Source: Pasteurella multocida
GTDB taxonomy: Bacteria > Pseudomonadota > Gammaproteobacteria > Enterobacterales > Pasteurellaceae
Assembly (NCBI RefSeq): GCF_900187275.1
Contig: NZ_LT906458.1
Coordinates: 2,070,001 to 2,102,000 of the forward strand
Direction of reading: 5' to 3'
DNA: 32,000 bases
The position numbers were made by a program, and so were the translations under genes. The notes beneath the pieces are model-generated. The model was given only the letters and a program-made list of their open reading frames with translations. It was not told the origin of the DNA and made no database searches. Below are positions 1 through 12,100 of this stretch, in pieces; position 1 is the stretch's first letter; every line of letters starts with the position of its first letter.

Positions 1-1076
1 CAGGTGATACTGTATTAAACTCTGTAAAAGATAAACGTGAGCGTTTTGGTCGTATCGTACAGATGCACGCAAACAAACGTGAAGAAATCAAAGAAGTGCG
101 TGCAGGCGATATCGCAGCCGCAATTGGTTTGAAAGATGTGGGTACTGGTGATACATTATGTGCACAAGATGCGCCAATTATTCTTGAGCGCATGGAATTC
201 CCAGAGCCAGTAATTTCTGTTGCTGTTGAGCCAAAAACGAAAGCAGACCAAGAAAAAATGGGTCTTGCATTAGGTCGCTTAGCACAAGAAGACCCTTCAT
301 TCCGTGTTCATACTGATGAAGAGTCGGGTGAAACTATTATCTCTGGTATGGGTGAGTTACACTTAGATATTATCGTTGACCGTATGCGTCGTGAATTCAA
401 AGTTGAAGCGAACATTGGTAAACCACAAGTATCTTACCGTGAAACTATCCGTACTCGCGTTAATGATGTTGAAGGTAAACACGCAAAACAATCTGGTGGT
501 CGCGGTCAATATGGTCACGTTGTTATCGACTTATATCCGTTAGATCCAGAAGGTCCGGGTTATGAATTCGTGAACGAAATCAAAGGTGGTGTGATCCCTG
601 GTGAATACATCCCTGCAGTAGATAAAGGTGTTCAAGAACAACTTAAATCGGGTCCATTAGCGGGTTATCCAGTAGTGGATTTAGGTGTTCGTTTACACTT
701 CGGTTCATACCATGATGTTGACTCATCTGAGCTTGCGTTTAAATTAGCTGCATCTTTAGCCTTTAAAGCTGCATTTAATAAAGCAAACCCAGTGCTTCTT
801 GAGCCAATCATGAAAGTAGAAGTTGAAACGCCACCGGACTACGTTGGTGATGTAATTGGTGACTTAAGCCGTCGTCGTGCGATGGTTAACGGTCAAGAAG
901 CAAATGAATTTGTTGTGAAGATCAATGCAGAAGTACCACTTTCAGAGATGTTTGGTTATGCAACTGACCTTCGTTCACAAACTCAAGGTCGTGCTTCATA
1001 CTCAATGGAACCATTGAAATATGCAGAAGCGCCGAAAAACGTTGCTGATGCAATCATTGAAGCTCGCAAAAAATAA
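1..1076 (+). CDS. fusA: Elongation factor G, C-terminal part (truncated by window start)
   Basis: Frame is open from base 3 ([21 protein letters not shown]...) upstream of the listed ORF start at 63. EF-G domain III-V text includes [19 protein letters not shown] and [15 protein letters not shown]. Followed by tuf. Confidence 0.97.
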   Translation, partial: GDTVLNSVKDKRERFGRIVQMHANKREEIKEVRAGDIAAAIGLKDVGTGDTLCAQDAPIILERMEFPEPVISVAVEPKTKADQEKMGLALGRLAQEDPSFRVHTDEESGETIISGMGELHLDIIVDRMRREFKVEANIGKPQVSYRETIRTRVNDVEGKHAKQSGGRGQYGHVVIDLYPLDPEGPGYEFVNEIKGGVIPGEYIPAVDKGVQEQLKSGPLAGYPVVDLGVRLHFGSYHDVDSSELAFKLAASLAFKAAFNKANPVLLEPIMKVEVETPPDYVGDVIGDLSRRRAMVNGQEANEFVVKINAEVPLSEMFGYATDLRSQTQGRASYSMEPLKYAEAPKNVADAIIEARKK

Positions 1077-1124
1077 TTTTGTTTAACAAAACCACAAGCT
1101 GTAATAGCTTGTGGTCTCTACTGA

Positions 1125-2321
<1,197 letters not shown>

Positions 2322-2339
2322 TTTGGCTTAACATGCTAA

Positions 2340-2367
2340 AGAAGGCGTATCGAAAGATACGCCTTTT
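2340..2367 (+). terminator. Rho-independent terminator after tufA
   Basis: AAGGCGTATC-GAAA-GATACGCCTT: perfect 10-bp stem with GAAA tetraloop, followed by TT. Confidence 0.85.
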
Positions 2368-2579
2368 GTGTTTTTATGAGATTTGAAATGAGCATCAAAT
2401 GGATCTCAACACGATTTAACTGAGAGTATGCCTTTGTTCTTTGCTAGCAAAATTGAGCAGGAATGCCAATGAAAAATTTAGGCTTCTGCTGTAATTTTAA
2501 TATGCATTTTTTAAATAAAGTGCTACAATCACGCGTTCAGAAACGAATCCCCTATTTAAGTTAAGTAATGGATTAAATT

Positions 2580-2990
2580 ATGGCGTTAGAAATTGAGAAA
2601 AAGAAAAATGCGCATGAAGTCGAGAACCAAAAGTCAAAAGGCTTGAATCGCTTTTTATGGTTGCTCGTTATTGTTGTTATTGCAACTGCAGCATTAGGTA
2701 ATATTTATTTTGTAGAACAATTTTCTACTCCGATTCGTGTGGTTGGAGTCGTGGTTTTATTGTTGATTGCGTTAGGTCTTGCTGCATTAACAAACCAAGG
2801 TGTGAAAGCACGTCATTTCTTTAGTGAATCAAGAATTGAATTAAGAAAAATTGTCTGGCCAACGCGTCCAGAAGCGATGCAAACGACATTAATTGTGGCA
2901 GGTGTAACGATTGTTGTGTCTTTAATCCTGTGGGGATTAGATTCAGTGATTGTTGCGTTAATTACTTTCTTAACAGATTTGAGGTTCTAA
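2580..2990 (+). CDS. secE: Preprotein translocase subunit SecE
   Basis: 136 aa with hydrophobic segments and the SecE C-terminal signature ([20 protein letters not shown]). Immediately upstream of nusG. Confidence 0.96.
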   Translation: MALEIEKKKNAHEVENQKSKGLNRFLWLLVIVVIATAALGNIYFVEQFSTPIRVVGVVVLLLIALGLAALTNQGVKARHFFSESRIELRKIVWPTRPEAMQTTLIVAGVTIVVSLILWGLDSVIVALITFLTDLRF

Positions 2991-2991
2991 G

Positions 2992-3543
2992 ATGACAGAA
3001 ACAACAACCAAAAAACGTTGGTATGTGTTACAGGCTTTTTCTGGTTTTGAAGGTCGTGTTGCAACAACATTGCGTGAATATATTAAGTTACACCAAATGG
3101 AAGATCAATTTGGTGAAGTGCTTGTGCCGACAGAAGAAGTCGTAGAAAACGTAGCCGGAAAAAGACGTAAAAGTGAGCGCAAATTTTTTCCAGGTTATGT
3201 ATTAGTGCAAATGGAAATGAATGACGAAACTTGGCATTTAGTACGCAGTGTACCACGTGTTATGGGTTTTATTGGTGGTACAGCAGATAAACCAGCGCCA
3301 ATTTCACAGCGTGAAGCGGATCGTATTTTAAATCGTTTACAAGAAAGTTCAGAAAAACCTCGCCACAGAAAAGAATTCCAGCCTGGTGAAGAAGTTCGTG
3401 TCACTGAAGGACCATTCGCTGACTTTAATGGTACAGTGGAAGAAGTGGATTATGAAAAAGGTCGCTTAAAAGTGTCTGTTTCTATCTTTGGTCGTGCAAC
3501 ACCTGTTGAACTTGAATTCAGCCAAGTTGAGAAAACAAATTAA
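2992..3543 (+). CDS. nusG: Transcription termination/antitermination protein NusG
   Basis: [14 protein letters not shown] start, [13 protein letters not shown], and a KOW region (FKPGEEVRV...[37 protein letters not shown]). Confidence 0.98.
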   Translation: MTETTTKKRWYVLQAFSGFEGRVATTLREYIKLHQMEDQFGEVLVPTEEVVENVAGKRRKSERKFFPGYVLVQMEMNDETWHLVRSVPRVMGFIGGTADKPAPISQREADRILNRLQESSEKPRHRKEFQPGEEVRVTEGPFADFNGTVEEVDYEKGRLKVSVSIFGRATPVELEFSQVEKTN

Positions 3544-3549
3544 TTTTTA

Positions 3550-3590
3550 ACCGCACTTAGCTATTCTACTTAATAGATAAGTGCGGTGAG
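3550..3590 (+). terminator. Terminator-like hairpin made of an inverted uptake-signal pair
   Basis: ACCGCACTT at 3550-3558 and AAGTGCGGT at 3579-3587, just after the nusG stop and before a new promoter. Confidence 0.7.
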
Positions 3591-3608
3591 CTTTTGAGTA
3601 ATTTTTAC

Positions 3609-3637
3609 TTGAAGTTTGGGTTGTGTTTAATTACAAT
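3609..3637 (+). promoter_or_regulatory. Putative sigma-70 promoter for rplKA
   Basis: TTGAAG (3609-3614), 17-nt spacer, TACAAT (3632-3637). Confidence 0.55.
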
Positions 3638-3701
3638 ACAGCCTTTTCGTAAACAGGGGAGCTAGCAATAGCGCTATTACCCATTCTAGAGGAAGCTAAA
3701 A

Positions 3702-4130
3702 ATGGCAAAAAAAGTACAAGCCTATGTTAAGTTGCAAGTTGCAGCTGGTATGGCTAACCCTTCACCACCAGTTGGTCCTGCGTTAGGTCAACAAGGTGTG
3801 AACATCATGGAATTCTGTAAAGCATTCAACGCTCGTACTGAGAGTTTAGAAAAAGGTTTACCAATTCCAGTTGTTATTACTGTGTATGCAGACCGTTCAT
3901 TCACGTTCATTACGAAAACACCACCAGCAGCAGTATTATTGAAAAAAGCTGCAGGTATCAAGTCTGGTTCAGGTAAACCAAACAAAGATAAAGTGGGTAA
4001 AGTAACATTAGAACAAGTTCGTCAAATCGCTGAAACCAAAGCAGCAGATATGACAGGTTCTTCTATCGAAACGAAAATGAAATCAATCGCTGGTACAGCT
4101 CGCTCAATGGGCTTAGTGGTGGAGGAATAA
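3702..4130 (+). CDS. rplK: 50S ribosomal protein L11
   Basis: 142 aa, [42 protein letters not shown]. Confidence 0.98.
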   Translation: MAKKVQAYVKLQVAAGMANPSPPVGPALGQQGVNIMEFCKAFNARTESLEKGLPIPVVITVYADRSFTFITKTPPAAVLLKKAAGIKSGSGKPNKDKVGKVTLEQVRQIAETKAADMTGSSIETKMKSIAGTARSMGLVVEE

Positions 4131-4134
4131 TACG

Positions 4135-4824
4135 ATGGCTAAATTGACTAAAAAAATGAAATCAATCAAGGCGGCAGTCGACTCTACAAAAGCCTATGAA
4201 ATCAATGAAGCAATCGCAGTATTAAAACAATTTGCGACAGCTAAATTTGTTGAAAGCGTGGATGTTGCAGTGAACTTAGGTATCGATCCGCGTAAATCTG
4301 ACCAAAACGTACGTGGTGCAACTGTATTACCACACGGTACAGGTCGTTCTGTACGTGTTGCTGTGTTCACTCAAGGTGCAAACGCAGAAGCAGCTAAAGA
4401 AGCGGGTGCGGATTTAGTCGGTATGGAAGATTTAGCTGAATTAGTGAAAAAAGGTGAAATGAACTTCGATGTTGTTATCGCTTCTCCAGATGCGATGCGT
4501 GTTGTAGGTCAATTAGGTCAAATTTTAGGTCCACGTGGTTTAATGCCAAACCCTAAAGTAGGTACTGTTACACCAAACGTTGCTGATGCAGTGAAAAATG
4601 CGAAATCTGGTCAGGTTCGTTACCGCAATGATAAAAACGGTATCATCCACACCACAATCGGTAAAGTTAACTTTAGCGAAGAACAATTAAAAGAAAACTT
4701 ACAAGCCTTATTAGCGGCATTAGCGAAAGCGAAACCAACAACGTCTAAAGGTGTATTCATCAAGAAAGTAAGTCTTTCTACAACAATGGGTGCGGGTGTA
4801 GCGATTGATCAAGCTTCACTATAA
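4135..4824 (+). CDS. rplA: 50S ribosomal protein L1
   Basis: 229 aa, [23 protein letters not shown] and [16 protein letters not shown] motifs; directly after rplK. Confidence 0.98.
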   Translation: MAKLTKKMKSIKAAVDSTKAYEINEAIAVLKQFATAKFVESVDVAVNLGIDPRKSDQNVRGATVLPHGTGRSVRVAVFTQGANAEAAKEAGADLVGMEDLAELVKKGEMNFDVVIASPDAMRVVGQLGQILGPRGLMPNPKVGTVTPNVADAVKNAKSGQVRYRNDKNGIIHTTIGKVNFSEEQLKENLQALLAALAKAKPTTSKGVFIKKVSLSTTMGAGVAIDQASL

Positions 4825-4842
4825 TTCATTGCTTTAAAAAAG

Positions 4843-4875
4843 AAAAAGTGCAATGTTTTCATTGCACTTTTTTTA
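4843..4875. terminator. Bidirectional terminator between convergent rplA and glycerate kinase gene
   Basis: AAAGTGCAATG-TTTT-CATTGCACTTT with a T-run on the right and an A-run on the left. Confidence 0.85.
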
Positions 4876-4890
4876 TATCTGTTTTCTAGG

Positions 4891-6036
4891 TTAATCTGGT
4901 ATATGTTTAGCAAGCAAATAGAAGCGAGCAATATTCTGTGCCGCAGAAATTAAATTTTCTCGACCGCACTTTAAGGTCGCTTCCAAACTCTCTACCTGAC
5001 GTATAATCGGGAAAACGGCATCAATGCCTGCTTGATAAACCACTTCATAATCCTCTTTTAGACTCCCCACAATAGCAAGCACGGGTTTCTGAAACTGTTT
5101 GGCAGTTTTTGCCACACCACTTGGGGTTTTCCCTTGTGCTGTTTGACTATCCATTCTCCCTTCTCCTGTGATCACTAAGTCTGCATTGGCAACAAGGGTA
5201 TCGAGTTTGACAGCCTTGATAACAATCTCGACACCAGCTTTTAGAGAAACATTAGGTAACAATAATAAGCCACCTCCCATTCCCCCGGCTGCGCCGGCAC
5301 CAGCATGATCACGAATATTGCGTTGATATTGTTGCTCTACCACATGTGAGAAGTGAAGTAATGCATTATCTAATTTCTCAACCATTTCTACGCTTGCTCC
5401 TTTTTGTGGACCAAAGATGGCAGAAGCCCCTCGAGGTCCACACAACGGATTATTGACATCACACGCCACTTCTAATTCTACAGAAGATAAACGGGGATCT
5501 AATTGAGATAAATCGACATGCATAATATCTTGCAACTGTTCACCGCCAAACCCAATTGGTTGCTGATGTTGATCGAGAAATAATGCGCCAAGTGCTTGTA
5601 ACATGCCCACACCTGCATCATTAGTGGCACTACCACCAATGCCCAGTATGATTTTTTTTACCCCCAAATCCAACGCGGCTTTTATCAATTGTCCCGTCCC
5701 AAAGCTAGTGGTTTTTAGCGGATTACGCTGTTCGACAGGCACTAAATGCAAGCCCGATGCTGCCGCCATTTCGATAATGGCGGTCTGTTTGTCTCCAGAT
5801 AATCCAAAAAATGCTTGGATTGGATTTCCTAAGGGGGCAATGACCTCTGTATTAATGATCTCACCTTGTGTGGCATCCACCAAAGATTGTACCGTGCCTT
5901 CTCCGCCATCTGCCATTGGAACAAGCACATATTCCGCGTGAGGTAATATCTTTTGAAAGCCTATTTTAATGGCTTGCGCGACTTCAAGCGCCGTAAGACT
6001 TTCTTTAAAAGAATCTGGTGCAATCACAATTCGCAT
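4891..6036 (-). CDS. glxK: Glycerate kinase (GarK/GlxK family)
   Basis: 381 aa, MRIVIAPDSFKESLTALEVAQAIKIGF, VPMADGGEGTVQ, GIGGSATNDAGVGMLQALGA, ITGEGRMDSQTAQGKTPSGVA. Confidence 0.93.
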   Translation of the reverse strand: MRIVIAPDSFKESLTALEVAQAIKIGFQKILPHAEYVLVPMADGGEGTVQSLVDATQGEIINTEVIAPLGNPIQAFFGLSGDKQTAIIEMAAASGLHLVPVEQRNPLKTTSFGTGQLIKAALDLGVKKIILGIGGSATNDAGVGMLQALGALFLDQHQQPIGFGGEQLQDIMHVDLSQLDPRLSSVELEVACDVNNPLCGPRGASAIFGPQKGASVEMVEKLDNALLHFSHVVEQQYQRNIRDHAGAGAAGGMGGGLLLLPNVSLKAGVEIVIKAVKLDTLVANADLVITGEGRMDSQTAQGKTPSGVAKTAKQFQKPVLAIVGSLKEDYEVVYQAGIDAVFPIIRQVESLEATLKCGRENLISAAQNIARFYLLAKHIPD

Positions 6037-6048
6037 AATCTTATCCTT

Positions 6049-7425
6049 TTACAATAAAATAAGTGAAAGTAGATATACGGTGATAATCCCAACGATCCCC
6101 ATAATCAGTGTTAAAGCAGTTTGTGTACGGTAACCTTGTTGTGGGGTCATTTTGGTAAAATTCGTAACCACCCAATAATAGCTGTCGTTAGCATGAGAAA
6201 CACACATTGCCCCTGCAGCGATCGCCATCACGGTTAAGGCGGCGGCAATTTCAGAAGTTAAGCCTAAGGCGCTCATTAAAGAATCTTGCGCACTAAACAT
6301 GCCCATAATTGAAGCCGTGGTGATAATGGCGACAGTTGAGCTACCTTGTGCAGTTTTTAAAATGGCTGAAATTAAGAATGGAAAGAAAATGCCTGCGGTA
6401 CTAATGATGTGTGCATTTTGCTTAATGTATTCGACAAAACCTGCTTGCGTGATGACTTTACCCAATACACCACCAGCCGCAGTAATAAAGAGAATCGGAC
6501 CAACGATTTTTAAGGTATCATTTGTAAGCTGATCAAAGCCACTGATTTTCTCTGTTTTGATTAACAATACCACAGCACAAATCACACCAAGGGCGAGAGC
6601 AATGATTGGGTGACCTAAAAATTGCAATAGAATGCCAACATTGCCTTCTAGCCCGAGAATCTTACTGATAGAACCTAAAGCCATGAGCAAAATTGGTACA
6701 CAAATTGGGGCAAGGCTTAAGCGACCGCTCGGCAAGGTGCCGTATTGTTTTAATAATGCTTCATAACTTTTCTCAATGACAGTATCACTGTCCTCTTCAT
6801 TCAAGGTCATATTACGGCTTACCCATTTAGCGAACAGGTAGCTGGCAAACAGAACAGGAATGGATACCACTACGCCCATGCCGATAACTAATAATAAGTT
6901 ATGGCTTAATCCGACAGCACCCGCGGCTGCAATAGGACCGGGTGTCGGTGGAATAAAGACATGGGAAGCATAAAGACCTGCACTAAGCGCCACTGCCATA
7001 CTAACAGGATTCGCGGAAATTTTTTTACGTAATGCTTCTCTGATAGGATTTAATACCACAAAGCCACTATCGCAAAAAACGGGGATACCCACAACCCAAC
7101 CCATAATTAACATGGCCAGTTCAGGTCTTTTATGCCCAACATATTTGACGACCATATCGGCTAATTTTAACGCTGCACCGGTTTTTTCGAGCACCATACC
7201 AATAATGGCACCGAAAATAATCACAATCCCAATACTTTTGAAAGTGCCACTAAACCCATCACCAATCATGGCGGGGATTTTAGCTAATGGAATACCTGCA
7301 ATAAAGGCGAGAGCAAGAGAAATGGACATCAAAGCGAGAAAAGGGTGAACTTTGACTTTTGCAATCAGCCAAATCATGACAATAATTGCAATGACAAAAA
7401 CACAGATTAATGCAATACCACTCAT
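6049..7425 (-). CDS. GntP-family (gluconate/glycerate-type) permease
   Basis: 458 aa polytopic protein with GIVIIFGAIIGMVLEKTGAA, FCDSGFVVLNPI and QGSSTVAIITTASI. Adjacent (12-nt gap) and co-directional with glycerate kinase. Substrate not determinable from sequence alone. Confidence 0.9.
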   Translation of the reverse strand: MSGIALICVFVIAIIVMIWLIAKVKVHPFLALMSISLALAFIAGIPLAKIPAMIGDGFSGTFKSIGIVIIFGAIIGMVLEKTGAALKLADMVVKYVGHKRPELAMLIMGWVVGIPVFCDSGFVVLNPIREALRKKISANPVSMAVALSAGLYASHVFIPPTPGPIAAAGAVGLSHNLLLVIGMGVVVSIPVLFASYLFAKWVSRNMTLNEEDSDTVIEKSYEALLKQYGTLPSGRLSLAPICVPILLMALGSISKILGLEGNVGILLQFLGHPIIALALGVICAVVLLIKTEKISGFDQLTNDTLKIVGPILFITAAGGVLGKVITQAGFVEYIKQNAHIISTAGIFFPFLISAILKTAQGSSTVAIITTASIMGMFSAQDSLMSALGLTSEIAAALTVMAIAAGAMCVSHANDSYYWVVTNFTKMTPQQGYRTQTALTLIMGIVGIITVYLLSLILL

Positions 7426-7694
7426 AGTAACCTCCTAATGTTGTAGAAGAACAAAGCGGATTGATTCTTGATGAGTGACTTCTTTTAGGAGCCCATCAAC
7501 ACAAGAATATTCGTCCGAGGGTTTATGAAAGAAGGCGCATTCTTGAAAACAAACATGTCATTCAAGCTATCTCTTATATATCATATTTATCTTGTTAGGT
7601 AAGTAAATATTTCACTAAAAACAATGTTGTTTTGTGTCGGTTGCTTTTATGCGAAGAAAAGGAAAGGTCATGACAGATTATTTATATAAATCAC

Positions 7695-7723
7695 TTTACA
7701 AGAAAGGGGATTTCTATTACAAT
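7695..7723 (+). promoter_or_regulatory. Putative promoter for rplJL-rpoBC
   Basis: TTTACA (7695-7700), 17-nt spacer, TACAAT (7718-7723), upstream of the rplJ leader. Confidence 0.6.
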
Positions 7724-7734
7724 TCCGCTCCTGA

Positions 7735-7905
7735 ATTTTGTCATTTTTAGGTGATGAAATTGTTGATGGTGCTTGACCACATTCAAGCCCCGTCCGAGAC
7801 CGTAGGTGAAATGATGGATATCATCTCTTAATTTGGCCTACGTAGATGGTGAACAGACAGAATTTTCTGCTTCTGGACACCTTAGCCTCACAAAATAGTC
7901 GTACC
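7735..7905 (+). promoter_or_regulatory. Probable L10 (rplJ) autoregulatory leader RNA
   Basis: Long untranslated leader before rplJ containing pairable blocks, e.g. CCGTAGG (from about 7800) opposite CCTACGTAG (from about 7838). Position matches the known L10-L12 binding leader. Boundaries approximate. Confidence 0.6.
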
Positions 7906-7976
7906 AAAGTGCGGTCATTTTTTGAGATTTTTTGTAAATTCCGCTTAGGCGGAGTGTATTCAGGAGCTAAAAGCCA

Positions 7977-8468
7977 ATGGCATTAAATCTTCAAGACAAA
8001 CAAGCAATTGTTGCTGAAGTAAACGAAGCAGCCAAAGGTGCCCTATCAGCTGTGATCGCGGATTCACGCGGTGTAACAGTAGATAAAATGACTGAATTAC
8101 GTAAAGTAGCTCGTGAAAACGGTGTTTCAATGCGTGTTGTACGTAATACATTATTACGTCGTGCGGTTGAAGGTACTGAATTTGAGTGCTTAAAAGATAC
8201 GTTTGTAGGTCCAACACTTATCGCATTCTCGACTGAACACCCTGGTGCAGCAGCCCGTTTGTTCAAAGACTTTGCTAAAGCAAACGATAAGTTTGAAATT
8301 AAAGGTGCAGCCTTTGAAGGTAAGATTCAAGATGTTGAATTCTTAGCAACATTACCAACTTACGACGAAGCAATTGCACGTTTAATGGGCACAATGAAAG
8401 AAGCTGCGGCAGGCAAACTTGTTCGCACTCTTGCGGCATTACGCGACAAATTACAAGAAGCAGCTTAA
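7977..8468 (+). CDS. rplJ: 50S ribosomal protein L10
   Basis: 163 aa, [43 protein letters not shown]; RBS AGGAG upstream. Confidence 0.98.
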   Translation: MALNLQDKQAIVAEVNEAAKGALSAVIADSRGVTVDKMTELRKVARENGVSMRVVRNTLLRRAVEGTEFECLKDTFVGPTLIAFSTEHPGAAARLFKDFAKANDKFEIKGAAFEGKIQDVEFLATLPTYDEAIARLMGTMKEAAAGKLVRTLAALRDKLQEAA

Positions 8469-8519
8469 TCCAGCGGTTTCTTAACTCGTTTAACTTTTTT
8501 ACTTTAGGAATTGATTGTT

Positions 8520-8888
8520 ATGTCATTAACTAACGAACAAATCATTGAAGCGATCGCTTCTAAATCTGTCACTGAAATCGTAGAATTAATCGCTGCGATG
8601 GAAGAAAAATTTGGTGTTTCTGCAGCGGCAGCAGCAGTAGCAGTAGCAGCGGGTCCAGCTGAAGCAGCTGAAGAGAAAACTGAATTTGACGTAGTACTTG
8701 CAGGCGCAGGTGCGAACAAAGTTGCAGTAATCAAAGCGGTACGTGGTGCAACTGGTTTAGGCTTAAAAGAAGCGAAAGACTTAGTTGAATCTGCTCCAGC
8801 AGTATTGAAAGAAGGTATCTCTAAAGCTGAAGCTGAAGCACTTAAGAAAGAATTAGAAGAAGCTGGTGCACAAGTCGAAGTTAAATAA
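8520..8888 (+). CDS. rplL: 50S ribosomal protein L7/L12
   Basis: [38 protein letters not shown]...; the listed ORF starts 9 nt too early (TTG ATT GTT). Confidence 0.98.
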   Translation: MSLTNEQIIEAIASKSVTEIVELIAAMEEKFGVSAAAAAVAVAAGPAEAAEEKTEFDVVLAGAGANKVAVIKAVRGATGLGLKEAKDLVESAPAVLKEGISKAEAEALKKELEEAGAQVEVK

Positions 8889-8921
8889 TTTTGACTGACT
8901 TGTAAGCCCTTCTAAGGCTCG

Positions 8922-8951
8922 ATGGCTGGTGGTTTTTCCATCAGCCATTTT
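8922..8951 (+). terminator. Attenuator/partial terminator between rplL and rpoB
   Basis: ATGGCTGGTGG-TTTTT-CCATCAGCCAT (11-bp stem with one G-U), followed by a short T-run. Confidence 0.65.
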
Positions 8952-9162
8952 GTGCTATCAAAACAGAACAAATTTTTCCGTTTAATTTTTCTGTTTTTCT
9001 TCTCAAATTAATTATGTTCACCTAATTTGGGAATACCGCTCATCAGAAGTAAGGTTCAGAGTGCGGCATCTGGAAACGGTATCTTTACACGCATACATAA
9101 TGCTATTTCAAGAACATCAGCATTGTGTATTTGGTTCACTGAAACACAAGCAGAGGAACCCT

Positions 9163-12100
9163 ATGGTTTACTCCTACACAGAGAAAAAACGTATTCGTAA
9201 AGACTTCGGCAAACGTCCGCAAGTTTTAAATGTACTTTATTTATTAACTATCCAACTCGATTCTTTCGATAAATTCATTCAAAGAGATCCTGAAGGTCAG
9301 CAAGGTTTAGAAGCAGCATTCCGCTCCGTATTCCCGATTGTCAGCAATAACGGCAACACAGAATTACAATATGTAAGCTATCAATTGGGTGAGCCTGTAT
9401 TTGACGTCAGAGAATGTCAAATCCGTGGTACCACTTATGCTGCGCCATTACGTGTGAAATTACGCTTAGTCAGCTATGACAAAGATGCTGCACCGGGCAC
9501 AATCAAAGATATTAAAGAACAAGAAGTTTATATGGGTGAAATCCCATTAATGACCGATAACGGTACCTTTGTGATTAATGGTACAGAGCGTGTTATCGTG
9601 TCGCAATTACACCGTAGCCCAGGTGTCTTCTTTGATTCTGACAAAGGTAAAACACATTCTTCAGGTAAAGTCTTATATAACGCAAGAATTATTCCTTACC
9701 GTGGTTCATGGTTAGACTTTGAATTCGATCCAAAAGATAACTTATATGCACGTATCGACCGTCGTCGTAAATTACCGGCAACCATCATTTTACGTGCGTT
9801 AAATTACACCACCGAACAAATTTTAGATATTTTCTTCGATAAAGTGGTTTTTGAAATCAGCAATAACAAATTGTTGATGACATTAGTACCAGAAAGACTC
9901 CGTGGTGAAACCGCAACTTTCGATATTGAAGCAAACGGCAAAGTGTATGTTGAACGTGGTCGTCGTATTACCGCGCGCCATATCCGTGCTTTAGAAAAAG
10001 ATCAAATCACCCAAGTTGAAGTCCCAACAGAATATATTGTGGGCAAAGTGGCAGCAAAAGACTATGTGGATTTAGAGTCTGGTGAAATTGTTTGTCCTGC
10101 GAATATGGAAATCTCATTAGAGATGTTAGCCAAACTTGCGCAAGCGGGTTACAAAACCATCGAAACGCTGTTCACTAACGATTTAGATTACGGTCCTTAC
10201 ATTTCGGAAACCTTACGCGTTGATCCATCAAACGATCGTTTAAGTGCGTTAGTGGAAATTTACCGTATGATGCGTCCAGGTGAGCCTCCAACAAAAGAAG
10301 CGGCAGAAGGCTTATTTGATAACTTATTCTTCTCATCAGACCGCTATGATTTATCTGCGGTAGGTCGTATGAAGTTCAACCGCTCTTTAGGCATTGATGA
10401 AGAGACAGGTAGCGGCATTTTAAGCAACGATGACATCATTGGTGTGATGAAAAAACTGATCGAGATCCGTAACGGTCGTGGTGAAGTCGATGATATCGAC
10501 CACTTAGGTAACCGTCGTATTCGTTCAGTGGGTGAAATGGCAGAAAACCAATTCCGTATCGGTTTAGTGCGTGTAGAAAGAGCGGTGAAAGAGCGCTTAT
10601 CTTTAGGTGATTTAGATGCAGTGACACCACAAGATTTAATCAACGCAAAACCAATTTCTGCGGCAGTGAAAGAATTCTTTGGTTCTTCACAACTTTCCCA
10701 GTTCATGGATCAAAACAACCCGTTATCAGAAGTAACGCACAAACGTCGTATTTCTGCATTAGGTCCGGGTGGTTTAACACGTGAACGTGCAGGCTTTGAA
10801 GTGCGAGATGTTCACGCTACCCACTATGGTCGTGTCTGTCCAATTGAAACGCCTGAAGGTCCAAACATCGGTTTGATCAACTCATTGTCTGTTTATGCGC
10901 GTACCAACGACTACGGTTTCTTAGAAACCCCATACCGTAAAGTCGTGAACGGTCAAGTGACGGAAGAGATTGAGTATTTATCGGCAATTGAAGAAGGTAA
11001 ATATGTTATCGCTCAGGCGAACTCGAATCTTGACGAAGAATTACGCTTTACCGATGCGTTTGTTACCTGTCGTGGTGAACACGGTGAGTCTGGTTTATAT
11101 CGTCCAGATGAAATTCACTATATGGACGTTTCTACACAACAAGTAGTATCTGTGGCGGCAGCGTTAATTCCGTTCCTTGAGCACGACGACGCGAACCGTG
11201 CGTTAATGGGTGCAAACATGCAACGTCAAGCGGTACCAACATTACGTGCAGATAAACCATTAGTCGGTACTGGTATTGAGAAAGCCGTAGCAGTTGACTC
11301 TGGTGTAACGGTAATCGCAAAACGTGGTGGTATGGTGCAATACGTTGATGCGTCCCGTATCGTAGTGAAAGTGAACGAAGATGAAACCATCCCAGGTGAA
11401 GCGGGTATTGATATTTATAACTTAGTGAAATACACCCGTTCAAACCAAAATACCTGTATCAACCAAATTCCTTGCGTGTCTTTAGGTGAGCCTATCGGCC
11501 GTGGTGAAGTATTAGCTGATGGTCCTTCAACAGACTTAGGTGAATTAGCGCTTGGTCAAAACATGCGCGTAGCATTCATGCCTTGGAATGGTTATAACTT
11601 TGAAGACTCGATGTTAGTGTCTGAACGTGTAGTACAAGAAGATCGTTTCACGACTATTCACATTCAAGAACTTTCTTGTGTCGCACGTGATACCAAATTA
11701 GGTTCAGAAGAAATCACTGCGGATATTCCAAACGTCGGTGAAGCCGCATTAAGCAAACTGGATGAGTCCGGTATCGTTTACATCGGTGCGGAAGTAAAAG
11801 GTGGTGATATTCTTGTGGGTAAAGTAACACCAAAAGGTGAAACCCAATTAACCCCAGAAGAAAAATTATTACGCGCAATCTTCGGTGAAAAAGCCTCTGA
11901 TGTGAAAGATTCTTCATTACGTGTGCCAAACAGTGTTTCTGGTACGGTTATCGACGTGCAAGTCTTTACCCGTGATGGTGTAGAAAAAGACAAACGTGCG
12001 CTTGAAATTGAAGAAATGCAATTAAAACAAGCGAAAAAAGACCTTGTGGAAGAATTAGAAATCCTTGAGGCAGGCTTGTTTACGCGTGTTCGTAGCCTTC

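Noticed and set aside
2469-2564. Possible 31-aa leader peptide MKNLGFCCNFNMHFLNKVLQSRVQKRIPYLS upstream of secE
   Set aside because: A promoter-like TACAAT lies inside it and the RBS is weak; no feature beyond an open frame supports translation. Cross-species conservation would be needed.
10600-10830. Possible rifampicin-resistance substitutions in RpoB
   Set aside because: The core region reads [31 protein letters not shown] with S, D, H and S at the classic positions; no resistance change recognised.
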